DNA of 64,000 nt from Batkoa obscura. Taxonomy: Eukaryota. Shown here one piece after another: positions 12,136 to 25,747 of this stretch. Within the stretch, counting starts at the first letter, position 1, and the number at the start of each line of letters is the position of its first letter. Made by a program: the position numbers and the translations under genes. The stretch is from positions 1 through 64,000 of the forward strand of contig JASVEC010000011.1 in the NCBI GenBank assembly GCA_030770535.1, read 5' to 3'. The notes under the pieces are model-generated. The model saw only the letters and a program-made list of their open reading frames with translations, was not told the origin of the DNA and did no database searches.

Positions 12136-12627
12136 ATGTCAGAAGAAATAATAAATATTTTTAATGAAATTAAAAGCATCTATAAAGAGTATGATTTGAA
12201 ATTAGTATCAGGTGGCTTAGTTGATTCAAAAGGCAAATCTGATGTTGACATTTCTCTCTATTGTAAAGTTTATAACACCTTACACCACGTCTTTAAAAAC
12301 AGTACTGCAACTACATATCCTGATGAAAAAGCAACAATATATTCTATAAGCGGATATTGTAGAGAGGTAAATGTATTTGTTACAAGTGATATTAATAGAG
12401 TGAATATGGCTATTAAGCATAGAAATAACGAGCTAAAGTTGAACAAATACCCATTACTGGTTTCTGCAGCTATAACATTAAAAAGATTAGGAGAAAGTAC
12501 AGAAAGTGCATGGATGAAAGTATTAGAACTAAATGGTGATCCATATAAAATAATGGCTAGAGATGATATAGAAGATATCGCCAAAATCCAAGAAGAAAGA
12601 GTAAAAATAATCATAAATAAATTATGA
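12136..12627 (+). CDS. DUF4269-like small nucleotidyltransferase-fold protein, intronless
   Basis: GGLVDSKGKSDVDI (G..DxD motif) and LKRLGESTESAWMKVLELNGDPY, which resembles the bacterial DUF4269 C-terminal LKxxGxKTEPAFxxLLxLxGDPY pattern. Confidence 0.65.
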   Translation: MSEEIINIFNEIKSIYKEYDLKLVSGGLVDSKGKSDVDISLYCKVYNTLHHVFKNSTATTYPDEKATIYSISGYCREVNVFVTSDINRVNMAIKHRNNELKLNKYPLLVSAAITLKRLGESTESAWMKVLELNGDPYKIMARDDIEDIAKIQEERVKIIINKL

Positions 12628-13194
12628 ACGATATCTTAAATTTTTAGTTGTAGATTCCAGGATTTTGATTATTTTTAATTTACTATAAGAATATATTTAT
12701 TGGATTCTTACATGTTTATGTTATTACTTAATACAATAAAAGATGAATTTTGAATACGATATTGATCAAGTTATAAAGTTCATTAACAAAACAATCATAG
12801 CCTCATATTTAACATTAAATCAATTAATGTATATATAATTGACCTTTAATTTTGTCAAATAAAGGAATTACTATTTGCATTAATATCCTTGTATAAGATT
12901 CAAGATAATACTTTACTTGAATAAAGTGGATGAATTCAATATTACTGTCGCCTTAATATTTATTAGTTTGGATTATAAATTAAAACAACTAAGATACATG
13001 TAATAAATATTGACATTGTTATATTTATTTGCTATTAGTATAAGAACCGTAGATGTACCCTTGCTTATTTATTGACAACATAATTTACCAGCTCAATCCC
13101 AAAAGTGAAAACTCAATACTTAGTTTAAATAAATAACTTTAATTTAAAACCAGGTGTACTATTATAGTATCCAGATCAAACTTATTATATTATG

Positions 13195-14055
13195 TCATAA
13201 ATTCTCTGAAATTTTTAACAAGTTCCTTAACGAGCTATTTTCGCTTTCTAGACGAGATAATTCTTCTTGATAAATCATTTCATCTTCTTCTAAGTGATCC
13301 AAAATACCCAACTTGACCGAATCAGTTAGTTTTTGTAATAAACTTCGAAGTTTAAAGTTCTCTTGAGCTAACTGTGAATTTAAAAGCTTGAAAATAGATA
13401 TCGATAAATAGTAATAATAAAAATATATTAATACTTACTTTTTCTTCAGCCAAATTTGCTTCATACTTCTTTCTAAGAAGATGTGATTCTTCTAACAAAG
13501 CAGCACAACGGGCGCGAAAAGAAGTCATAAGTGTTTGAGTTGATTTTTCGTGTTCTTGGATGAGATCATCTTGATCAAGTAATTGTGCTTCTAATTCGTC
13601 AACTCTTGTTTGATATTTTTCAATAATTAAATTTATCTTGCTTGAGTTTGGAATTTGAATATCCTCATTTCTAGTTTCATTGTCTATTTCATTAATAAAA
13701 ATTAATAAGATCACTTAAATAAAAAATTACCATTAAAACTAACATCATCTGTTTGAAGTGGTAAATCGTTTAAAAGGCTTTCTCCTCTTTCTTCATTTTT
13801 CCTAATTAAGATCTAAAATAGGATAAAAGCATGTTTCATTGTTTTTAATTAAAATACCTTAAATTCACTCAAATCGGCTTTTAAATTCTTTAAAATGGAT
13901 CTGTTCTCTTTTAAACTTGTAAAAAGTTTAGAATTTAAAATTTCATTACTTTTTAACTGCTCCGGATTTTCGTTTTGAGTAAACGTCTGTTGGTTAAAAT
14001 TTTGCGAGACGTCTATGTATCCTTGATTATCTCCATTAACCCCATTATCAATCAT
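13195..14055 (-). CDS. SIKE/FGFR1OP2-like coiled-coil protein (STRIPAK subunit type), multi-exon
   Basis: IRKNEERGESLL, IQEHEKSTQTLMTSFR and RLESENSSLRNLLKI resemble, in order, the three conserved SIKE-family blocks as I recall them. Confidence 0.6.
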
Positions 14056-14416
14056 TTTTAATAATTATGCTGTTGAAAGAAATTTGATATAATTTAAGAA
14101 AAAACTTTTAAACTGCAAAATTAAAAACGAAATTTATACAAAATTCAATCAAAAAATATCTAAGTAGAACATAACAGAATTTACTATCAGTTAGGTAATG
14201 ATGATGAAGGTCGTTTAATACGTAATTTTTTATACTAAACTATTTCTATGCTATTATTATATTATTATATTATTATGCTATTCTTATTGCTATTATTAAT
14301 ACTTTTATCTAATATTCATATGTTTAATATTTCATATAGTTTCATTCCAACCAATCAATTGTAAGTTGGTACTTTTAGTCATCATCTACAAAATTCATTT
14401 AACGTTTTAATTCAAA

Positions 14417-16093
14417 ATGTCTTCAGAAAATAAAGAAAACAAGGAGAGTAAGGATGAAAGCAATATTCAGTCCACTTCTGAAGTAAATGAAGATGGGGAA
14501 AAGCAGGTTACAGATCCAGAAAAAATAGCCAAAGTTATTAAGCTTTTGGAAAACTTAAATAGACAAACTGGCGAAGGAATACCAAGCGCCTATTTAGATA
14601 AAATAAAGAAAAATGCTGGTATACTTGATGAACCAGACCATGCTTTTTGGAAAACTCAGCCCGTACCACAAAAAGGTTTATATATATATATTAATAAATT
14701 TACTCTAATTATATATAGAGCTCCCTGTGGATGCTACCCCTGGGGCCATCCATGAAGATATTCCAATTGAAAACATCAGTAGTAAATCCATTGGTTTACC
14801 TAAAGATTTTGAATGGGTAGAAATAGATCTTGATGATTCTGAAGACGTAAATTAATTAACTTCTTTGTAACCTTATATTTAGTTTAATTTGTTTAGCTTG
14901 ATCAATTATACAATTTGTTGAAATTTAACTATAATGAAGATACAGATGGAATGTTTCGTTTTGACTATTCAAGTGACTTTTTAAAATGGTAATTAATATT
15001 AAAATTGACAATGCATTTATTTTACGTGTGTAGGGCCCTTAAACCTCCAAGTTATAGGAAAGAGTGGCATATAGGAGTACGAGTAGCTGCCACAAAAAAA
15101 TTAGTTGCTTTTATTTCCGGTGTACCAATCGAGATGAAAGTACTAGAAAAGTAAGTTTACTTTTGATTTTCATCAAAAATCTTAATTTCATTTATAGTGA
15201 AAAGGCTATGGTTGAAATTAACTTTTTATGCGTTCATAAAAAATTGCGCTCGAAACGTCTAGCACCTGTTCTAATTAAAGAGGTTACCCGTCGTGTTCAT
15301 TTGACTGGTGTATTCCAAGCTGTTTATACTGCAGGTGTTAAGATTCCTACTCCAGTTGCAGTTTGCCCGTAATTTTTTTAAAATCAATAGTACGTATACT
15401 TATTTATTTAGATATTTTCATCGTACCATAAATCCAAAAAAGTTAATAGAAGTAGGATTTAGCGGACTTGGAAACATGACTATGGAGAAAAGAATAGCTA
15501 GAGATGCACTTCCATCAAACACTCCTTTACCATTAAGGCTGATGGAGCCCAAAGATATTGATAAAGTTCAAGAACTTTTCAATGAGTTTCAAAAAAAGAA
15601 TACAAAGCTCACCCCTATTTTAAAAGATGAGGACACTGCTAAACATAGCTTATTACCTGTTTCTAACGTTCTCTGGACTTATGTTATTGAAAATAAGGAG
15701 AAGGAAATTACAGATTTTATCTCATTCTATAGATTAGATTCATCTGTGTTACATACTACTCAACACGAAAAAATTGAAGCAGCATATCTTTATTATTATG
15801 GTACTACTGTACCTAATGAAAATGACTCTGAAATTTACAAGAAACGCCTTCAAGACCTTGTTCAATCTGCCTTAGTTAAGGCAAAAGAGGTAATCTTATA
15901 GTTTTAGTTTTAGGAATATTTTATTTATTTTTAGATTGGATTCGATGTGTTTAATGGATTAGAAAGTAACCAAGGCCATTTGTTTTACAAAGAACTAGGA
16001 TTTTCCAAAGGAGATGGCTCATTACATTATTATCTTTTTAATTGGCAATGTCCTTCGCTTGAATGCAAAGATATTGGGCTTATTATGGTTTAG
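14417..16093 (+). CDS. NMT1: Glycylpeptide N-myristoyltransferase, multi-exon
   Basis: [58 protein letters not shown]. Confidence 0.97.
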
Positions 16094-16693
16094 AAACAAA
16101 CAAATATAGATAATGGGATTAAAACATGTCAACCTAATTTAACTTTATGTATTATCAATGCTTAAATTTGATTCTATAAACCATAGTAATCGCTTAATTC
16201 TATTTCATTAATAGTTAATCATAAGCTTGTATTTTACTATTTGTTTTTTAGATTTTTATACTATACTATTTATTTAAAAAGTCCTAAAAATATTTACTAC
16301 TTTATCAGATGGAATAACATCAACAGAAAATAGTATTTAATATCTAATATAGATGAAACATATAGTAAATTTATTAAATTTTTAAATTTAAAAACTGAAA
16401 ATTGAAATATATAATCAAACTTTACTATAATTATTTTGTATACTTGCTTCTTCAGATTATTTCATAGTGATAAGTTTTAATAAGTATTATTTATTTTATT
16501 TACTTTCTATATTTACTAATAAACCTGTAATACTAACAATTATGAGACAATAAAAATTTAAATCCCTTAATTTATATTTATCCAATAATGCTCGAAGTTA
16601 AACTTGTATTAGCAAATTAAACTAACTTACATTGGATAACACTGCCTTTAAAGCAAATTCAACAATTTAAATTGTTTATTTCTTATATTCAAA

Positions 16694-18256
16694 ATGAAAG
16701 CATTTAACTATATTACTAGAAATATCAAGCATAGCTCATTCATTAATAAATTTGAATTGAGATATAATTCTACTCTCTCAAAAATTTTACAGCAAGAACT
16801 TGAATCAATAAAACAAGCTGGTACTTTTAAAAATGAGAGAGTAATAGCCTCTCCACAAGGGTCAGCAATTAAAGTTGATAGTGAAGGTCAAAGATTAGAT
16901 GAATTATGCCTATGTGCAAATAACTACCTTGGTCTTTCTAATCACCCTGAAGTAGTTGCTGAAGCAAAAAAATATTTAGATTCCCATGGCGCTGGACTTT
17001 CTTCAGTCAGGTTTATTTGTGGTACTCAAGTAATTTTTGATATATCAGTTTATTATGATTTAATTAAAATTTCAATAGGATATTCATAAAGATTTAGAAA
17101 ATCAAATTTCAAAATTTCATGGAACTCAAGATACTATATTATATATCTCATGTTTTGATGCTAATGCAGGAATTTTCGAAACTTTATTAAAAGAACAAGA
17201 TGCTGTAATCTCTGATTCTCTTAATCATGCCTCAATAATTGATGGTATTCGACTTTCTAAAGCTGCTAGGTACAGATATAAGAATGCTGATATGAATGGT
17301 AACTAGTTTGTAACAATTATGAATAAAATCTAAACGATAAATAGATCTTGAAGCACAATTAATTGCTGCTACTGAAAAAGGTGCTAGGCTTAAAGTAATC
17401 GCAACTGGTAACTCTAAATAACTTGAAGTTTTTCAGTAACTTATTTATTTTTAAGATGGTGTTTTCTCTATGGATGGAAAGATTGCCCCCCTTGATAAAA
17501 TTTGTGATTTAGCTGATAAATATGATGCTTTAGTATTTGTTGATGATTGCCACGCTACTGGTTTTGTAGGAAAAACTGGAAGGTAAATTTATTTTTATGT
17601 AAAAAAATATTATATTTAAGTATACAGAGGTACCCCTGAGCTTTTCGGTGTGCAAGACCGTGTACATATCTTAAATTCTACCCTTGGAAAAGCGCTTGGA
17701 GGAGCATCCGGTGGGTATACTACTGGGAATGCTGATGTTATCGCTCTTTTAAGACAAAGATCTCGTCCATATTTGTTCTCCAACTCTATTCCGCCTCCAG
17801 TGGCTGGTGCTGCTTCAGCTGCAATTAAATTAATAGACACTGAACCTCAATTATTAAAAAAGCTTTGGAAAAATACTGATGTATTCCGTAAAGCATTAAC
17901 AGAAGCCGGTTTTAAAATTAAGGTAAATTTGTTACTTATTTTTGTTCATTTATTAATGTATATTTACTTAGGGAGATCGTCACCCTATTACACCTATTAT
18001 GTTAGGAGATGCTAGATTAGCTGCTGATTTTGCACATGATATGTCCAAACTCGGAATTTATGTTGTTGGTTTCTCTTATCCAGTAGTACCAAAGGGTAAA
18101 TATAATTATAGTACTTTACTATTAATAATATTAATTCAAATTGTAGATCAAGCAAGAATAAGAGTTCAAATATCTGCTGACTTATCTGATGAACAATTAA
18201 GTAAAGCTATTGATGCTTTTATTAAAGTAGGAAAGGAGCGTGGTATTATCGTTTAA
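16694..18256 (+). CDS. GCAT: 2-amino-3-ketobutyrate CoA ligase (glycine C-acetyltransferase), mitochondrial, multi-exon
   Basis: [67 protein letters not shown]. Confidence 0.95.
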
Positions 18257-18452
18257 ATAAAATCTCATTTAGACTGACTAGTTCCATATTTTTAATGTTA
18301 CATATTTGTTAAACAACCATTCTTTATTATATTTAATGTACAAAGTATGTACAATTAATTTTTGTAATTTAATAAAAAATTTGAATTTTGAATTAGAAAA
18401 TTTAAAAACAATCAAAATTACTTTCTTTTATAATTTAATTTTGATTTTAAAT

Positions 18453-19155
18453 ATGGCAAAACTCAATACAATCAGTACATTGAATTTGCCATCATTTGAA
18501 GAAGGATGTAAGCAAGAAATAATTGGAATTAAAGAATATACAAATGTATTCTTATTTGAAGACGATAAAGTATATAATAATTTTTATTATTATTTATAAA
18601 ATCATAATTAGAAAGATACTTTTAGGACTAAAGAAGCGTGGTTTTGGTAAGGGTAAATGGAATGGTTTTGGTGGGAAAATTGAAGTTGGTGAAACAATAA
18701 TTGAAGGGGCTAAAAGAGAGATGAAAGTAAGCAACTTTTCCAAATGTAAACTAAATATATAATAGTTGAAAAGGAAGAAGCATGTATTTCAATAAAGTCG
18801 ATGGAAAAAATTGGTGAATTAAAATTTGTTTTCTCACAAAGAAACATTGCCTTAGTAGTACATATATTCAAAGCTAATGGATATGAAGGAGTGGTTTCTG
18901 AGTAATTTATTATAACATTTATTTACATATCTTATTTGCAATTTCTATCATGGTAGAACTGAAGAAATGCTTCCAAAATGGTTCAAGGATAATATCGAAA
19001 GTATACCATTTAAAGAAATGTGGTCGGATGATTGTTATTGGTTCCCATATATCATTGAAGGAACTCCATTTAAAGGAGCATTCTATCTTGATGGTAATGA
19101 CGAAGCTACTCTTTTAGCTGCTACATTGGATACTTTAAAGACAAACTCATTTTAA
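18453..19155 (+). CDS. NUDT1: Nudix hydrolase, MTH1/8-oxo-dGTPase type, multi-exon
   Basis: [62 protein letters not shown]. Confidence 0.9.
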
Positions 19156-19181
19156 ATAAAAAAAATAAAAAAAGATAGACT

Positions 19182-20246
19182 CTATTTTAACTTAGCATTT
19201 AATCGTATACTACATATATCTGCTAAATATATTAAAACATTAGCTATAGCCCTTGAATCATCGATACCAGAATGATTTCTCCCTTTAAACTCAATTTTAA
19301 AGCTACTGCAGATAGTTACTAAAGACGGCATTCTACCTTTAAATCGGCCCCATTCTTTAGAGGATGGGTGGTATTTTTTATAGTTGTTAAGCAAAATTGA
19401 AGAAAGCTTTTGCATATCTAAATAATCTCCTTGAAATAAATCAGGAACTTCTAAACCGTTTGCTGCTAATGTGATTAATAAAAAACGTTTCAGATCTGAA
19501 GGCCCGTGAGTAGCAATAGAAACATCAACTATATAAATTAATGTATGTTTATATTAAAAAAAGTTTGAAATACTTTTTGAATCTTCTGTATTAAACACTT
19601 TGATAAATTCAAGGAATGAATTTAAAACTTCAGGAAAAGAAGGGCTTGAATCGACAGTATGCTAAATAACGTAAACGAATACTGTAAATTTTATATTGAA
19701 TTACTTGTTCAATCCCAGTTAAATCTGTGCAATATTTAGTTAATATTGGATTTAACTTAGGCTTAACATAAGAATGAAATTCATCAACCTAATAATTATA
19801 AATAGTTAATAAAACTGTATATACAGCCCAATTTCTTTTACTATTTTGTTCGTTTTAGTATCTATAATAACTGCAGGAAATTCAATAATTTCGTGTGTGT
19901 CATCATCAAAACCAACATTTCCTTTACATGTAGCTTCAAAATCAATGCATGCGATATATCTAGTTGGAATAGCCCACCCTTTTTTATCAACAAAATTGTT
20001 TTTTTTATGTGTTTTACCACTTTCTATTTCTAGTCTTTTTCTCAATCTATTTTTAAGCAAATACTCGCCTCCTTTTGTACTCATTCCTCTTTTTTTAAGT
20101 TCTACAAGAACTTGTTTTATTTTTATTTTTCCAAAATTATCTATTAAATAAATTGCTTCGTCTTTGATATTTGTTGTATCTTCTTCAAACCCTAATATAA
20201 CATCACCCGGATCACCATTTTGTAATAACTCATATATATTTCCCAT
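19182..20246 (-). CDS. ERI1: ERI1-family DEDDh 3'-5' exoribonuclease with SAP-like domain, multi-exon
   Basis: SAP-like ELKKRGMSTKG...LKNRL; CIDFEATC...HEIIEFP; FHSYVKP...CTDLTGI; FKGRNHSGIDDSRAI. Confidence 0.85.
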
Positions 20247-20860
20247 TCTCCAAAGTTGTTGATTTTTAAAAAAAACAAAAGAGGTTGTGAATGTAGATTA
20301 ATTGAATAAAAAAGTATTTAGAGCATAGTTGTTAAATAATCTAAAAAAGTTCAAACTTTTAAACTCAACTTTATTAAAATTGAAATAAAACTAATCCTAT
20401 TGCTTTGAACTTAAAACATATAACTTGTTAAATTACGCTTTTACACTATTACATTTGGTTTACTAATAACACCCATTATAGCTTGAGCAAAATGTCTATT
20501 AATAGTTTTAATAATGAAGTTACATTGATGGAGGCTATATACAAAAACTAGGCTTTTCTTTATATTTTTGAATATAAGTTAAATTATAAAAATATGGTAT
20601 GTAATTCTATTAGCCAATTGTTATTGTACAATATTCAACTACTTTGATTTTATAATTAATACTTGTAGGGTTTTCCTGTTTATTTAATCTATGAATGAAT
20701 AATAAACAATTTTTTTAAAATCTTAAATAGTAACATTCAATAATATCGATAACAGTTTACTTTATGGAGCACGCATATTAAATTTGAGTATTTATAAAAA
20801 CCATTGACAATTATTTTATAGCATCTAGGAGATTGATTATGTTATTTTAACATTAGATTA

Positions 20861-20960
20861 TATGGAGGTGTCTTTTTAGCTTCATTGTTTTTTCCATTTT
20901 TTAAGCGCTATTTCAGTGGAAAGATTGTTAGTAAAATTCTTAAAAAAATACATCCTCATA
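20861..20960 (+). mobile_element. Family 1 MITE-like element, copy D
   Basis: TATGGAGGTGTCTTTTT...AAAAAATACATCCTCATA with the shared core. Confidence 0.85.
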
Positions 20961-23373
20961 TATTATAATTATTTTAAAAAAATCCTAAAGTCGAAAATTT
21001 ATAAATGTTTTATTATCAGAGGTAATGTGAAGGCAAAATTTTAATGGAGGGTACGGAGGTTAAAACATATAGGATGGTACAAGTAGATGACAGTTGAATA
21101 TGCTATAAATTTAGTCTTTTTTAAAAATTTCAATGAACAAAGGCCAATGTAGGGAATGGCTCTTTAGAAGAAGAAACAATACGTAGCAAAGAGTAACGCA
21201 GCTCATTCAGAGTGAGGGTATATCAGCTTGTTTAAAGGTTAGTTGAGGTGGGGAAGAATCTAATCCTATTTAATCTTTTGTTATTTTCGTCGCATTTGCA
21301 CTCCAACTTTTTTATTTATTTATTTGTTATGATTTACAATTTAACAATAAAACAAAAATCGTATTTTATCATAATTAAACAAAAACAAACAAAAAAATCG
21401 ACTTTAAAAAAATATTACACAGTTTATCATTAATACCAATATCAACATTTAAAATAATTAACCTAATCTTTTTATGTGTAAGTTTTTTAATTGCATGCTG
21501 CTAAAAGTTGTTCAGTTTTAAGATTAAAAAGTTAAAAAATTGAATTAAGGAAACAACATTTGAATGTAATAAATGTCAACTGTAATATTTGATAGTAGCT
21601 TTAATGATCAACTTTATATTTTTTATGGCATACATTGAAGAACAAAAGTGAGAGGGAAACATAGTTAAAAATGACTTATTTTTTGTTAATATTGATTTTG
21701 GGGTATTGAAAATAGATTTAAATATCTTCAATCTCAAATTTTTATTTTTTAATTAAGCATGGTAGCCAAAACGATCACGTTGGGGACGTTACATTGGTTG
21801 ATTTAATTTAATAACATCAAGGTATTAGATAGTTTAAGCTATTTTAAAATAGAAAACTCTAATATCAGAAGTAGTTGAAATATTAATATTTTCTTTCAAC
21901 CACATTTATAGAATATCTACAATTTTTAACATAATTTTGTGTGTTCATTACTTTTTAAATAATTTTGTAAGGTCTAATTGCACATTCTACAATTCTAATT
22001 TTAATTTGAGAGATTATACAAAATTCAATATTACAAATTGTATTATCTCATAAATTCAAAAGGGCTGATAATTATAATAATCAAAATATTAATTTAGTTA
22101 TTTTTTTATTAAATGTTTATATATATAATTATTATCTTCAAATTAATGTATAGCTAAAATATTTGTTTCAATAGTAAAGTTTAAGATGTTCTCACAAATC
22201 TTAATTTTGTTTTTCAACGAATAATATTTTGTTTTGAAGATTTTTACGGATAAAATTTATCCTCGAAAATAATAATCAAAGAATAATATAGCAGCTTTTC
22301 TAAACTTAACAACCTGTGTTATTACTTGAAGGAAATTTTTAATTACGAAATTAAGGTACAAATGGTAAGGAAGAGTAATTACTAATTGTTAATTATTAAT
22401 TATATTATTATATTATTATGTTATATTGTTATAAGATATATAAAGTTTACTAACAGTAAGACATTAAAACAACTATAAAAATATAAGTTGAGTGGTGTAA
22501 TTAAATACATAAACATGTTTCAGTTGTTAAATTTAGAATAATAAAAACTGGTTATATTTTAAACTAACACTTTCGAGAATTATAATCACGACTTCTATTC
22601 CCATAACAAAATATAAACAAATTGATGGGTGTTCTAGTAAAGTAAAATCTTTCAATTGTATTCCTCAATTATATTAAATAGTTTAATTTAATTGGGTATT
22701 ATATTGATTAAGTTGTAACAAGCTTTAAGTTAGTCTATTAGACCGAAGAAAAAAGTCAATACATTAATAACACAAATATTATTTATTGATTTAATATAAT
22801 ATAGTTTGTTTGATTATTATAAATTATTAACAGTTACATTTTCAATGATATCCTTTATCATAACTTTACTAAAAATAAAACTATAAATTTGTATTTTAAT
22901 AAAAGAATAAGATTTCCAATATAAAAACTTCCTTATCCCCAGATATTCTTAGAGCAGTATTTGATTGGTTAGATCAAAAGGTAATTCTTACCACTGTTTA
23001 TCAATTTTTAAAAAAGCTATTTGATAAGAATAGAAAAATCCGTTGACAATTTCTAAGTAATTTTATTGTAGGGAAATAAATGAATAAGAATTATGTGATT
23101 TGATCTAAAAATAGATTGGAACTGAAAATTGAGAGCATCTGCTCCTTAAATGTAAAGAGTGGAGCCATTTTACTCAGAACAAATAATTTAAAAAAATGGG
23201 TATATAAAGGAAAAAGGACTAATTAATTTGTTTTTGATTTTAATAGTTTAATTAAAATTATAAACGTTAACTTGATTTATTAACTACCTAATATAACACT
23301 ACTAACCCCAGCCCTAATTAATATCTATATATTTAAATACAACTACTTATCAACTAATTTTTAAATTTTAATA

Positions 23374-24453
23374 ATGTTAAAAAATGCAGATGTACTATCA
23401 CTATCAAATAACAATGGTACCGAATTAACCAGCGGATGGCGTTACTATTTACCTTCAAACCTATTTACATTTAATAACAATAATAACAATAATGACGAAC
23501 AAGATTCTAGTGATAGTGATGATGAACCATTAGACTTATCCGATGAAGAAATTGATGCTTCTGAAGCTTATGATTTAATGTTAGGCTTACCAAAAGACCT
23601 TTCTTTATCTCCATCAGTTATATCTCCATCTAAACCAATAATTGCTCCACCAACAGCTATCAAATATGAAACTGCCAAAAAAGACTTGGCCCCAGTTGCT
23701 GAATTAACACATTCTATTACACAGCTTACTCCAGTTAAAACCGTTGAGCCAATTCAAGCTACTAATCGTTGGTCGTTTCCATCTTTTAAGCCTTTTGAAT
23801 CTATCTCCAAGTTAAAGACTCCACCTTTATCTCCACCACTTTTTAAACAAATTGAAAAAGAAAGTTTAGAAACTATCGAATCTTCTCTTAACACTACAAA
23901 GCTCCTTGAAATAAGCTACAACAAGTTAAGAAAAGGTGCACGCAAATCTTCCCGTTTACCACTTAAAGAAACATTATTAGTTCATCTTACTGTAGATCGT
24001 ATTCGGGAATTAAGGAAAATCCCAAGACGCAGTTCCTTGCGTAACAAATCAAAAATTCAAAGAACCTCTGCACCTGCTTTACCACCCAAGCCAATCCAGG
24101 TTCAAATTGTTACACCAGTTATGAATAACCCATCAACTGCTATAAAATCACAAATTGATATATCTTCAATCTCGACACGTAATATAAAATCTATTCAATG
24201 CATCCCTCCACCAATGCTAACCCAAAAGCAAAATATGTTGAATTCAATCCTTAAACCAACTCCTGCTTACTGCAAAGATAATTCGCGTAAACGTAATGCA
24301 AACCTTTGTATTCAATTGGACAACAGTAAAGCAAAAAACTTGACCTTCAAGAATGATATAACAGTCATTGATACTGAGAGTGATGATAGCCCACTCTTTT
24401 ATTTATTAGCCCCGCCTATTAGTCCACCACCAAAGGCTGTTTTTGCTTATTAA
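23374..24453 (+). CDS. Ser/Pro-rich, largely disordered protein with an IER/SERTA-like helical motif, intronless
   Basis: 359-aa ORF with coding-like composition; LLEISYNKLRKGARKSSRLPLKETLLVHLTVDRIRE resembles the IER/SERTA motif. The ORF is solid; the family call is tentative. Confidence 0.65.
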   Translation: MLKNADVLSLSNNNGTELTSGWRYYLPSNLFTFNNNNNNNDEQDSSDSDDEPLDLSDEEIDASEAYDLMLGLPKDLSLSPSVISPSKPIIAPPTAIKYETAKKDLAPVAELTHSITQLTPVKTVEPIQATNRWSFPSFKPFESISKLKTPPLSPPLFKQIEKESLETIESSLNTTKLLEISYNKLRKGARKSSRLPLKETLLVHLTVDRIRELRKIPRRSSLRNKSKIQRTSAPALPPKPIQVQIVTPVMNNPSTAIKSQIDISSISTRNIKSIQCIPPPMLTQKQNMLNSILKPTPAYCKDNSRKRNANLCIQLDNSKAKNLTFKNDITVIDTESDDSPLFYLLAPPISPPPKAVFAY

Positions 24454-25747
24454 AGGAGTACTGTATATATTTTTTTACAAGTATTCTGATATTGTTGTTT
24501 GAATAATTTTTAAAAGTTTTAATAAAAGTACTTTTACTAAATTTAGTAATTTTATTCTTACGAATAATTTCAATGATACATTATTGCAATGATGAACATA
24601 TTAAATGTTATGTTATAAGAAAATAATTTTATTTTAATTGGTTCAAGTCACATTCCATCAAAATTTCTGCTTTGATTATAATCGTTACCAATTAAAGCTA
24701 AAGTGTTTAATTCCTTTATGATAATTTCATTTTGCATGAGTATTAATAATGTAAAAAAGTTAAATATTACAACATTATAATACTTCATGCTAATAATAAA
24801 GACAGTGTTCTTTTGTTCCGTGAATGCCAATGCCATTTGGTAAAAAACTAATAGAACAGAGTTAATCTTTTGTACTTTAGATGAATAGCAATTAGTGAAG
24901 GTTATCTAAAAATAAGCCATTGTTAAATCCAAGCTGTAAAAAAAAAGGGTGAAGATGATTTTAATTTAAATCCCTTTTTAAAAATAAGTTAACTAGAGAT
25001 AATTTTATACGTATTATCTCTAACATTGTTTATTTAACATATAGTACGTATGTCAATATACTAAAATATGCATCATATAAAGTGATATTATTTCAATTAA
25101 ATCAAAATTTCAAAAATATAGCTATTAAAGACATATATTATAGTTTATATTTTAAAACATAATATTTGTATTTAAATAGCTCAAAAATTAAAAGTATGAT
25201 CTAAATAAACTATAACCTTTGAAAACTGATACTTTCTGCTAATTATTGTGTAATTGTTGTTAAACCTAATTTCTATTATTTAATTTTTTATTTGAAAATA
25301 TCAAAAATAAATATTATGAAATATTTTGCGCAACAGTAGCATAGTCTATGATCAAATGAGATCGCAAATTTAATTAAAATAAGATCACCAACTGTTTATT
25401 TTCAGTAAGTTTAAAATACTAATCTACTCAATGACTTCGTTTCTAACATTAGAGTAAATCAAATAATGTAACAAAAATTATGAAAATTAAAAAATTGAAA
25501 TTAAAGATTGCCGTTAAGCTATATATCCCCTACCTGAATAAAAGATATAATTGAAGTCATCACTTTATGATATAATGGTATTGTATACCATTACACAAGA
25601 TTGTTGAGTATTTTGTTACTTTAATAAACAAACGAAGCGGAGAAGGATACCTGGTGTTTAACTAAAAATTATAAATATGGCCTTGAACATTGAAATAATC
25701 ATTATTGAACTAGAATTACAATTGCATCATACAAATAACATTCAAAC

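Noticed and set aside
14197..14240. Box C/D snoRNA starting at ATGATGA
   Set aside because: No CTGA D box or terminal stem at a suitable distance; it lies in a divergent promoter region.
21248..21433. Short ORFs in AT-rich intergenic DNA (also 24648-24836, 31403-31588, 48115-48315, 57032-57244)
   Set aside because: No motifs, composition like flanking non-coding DNA; one overlaps a MITE.
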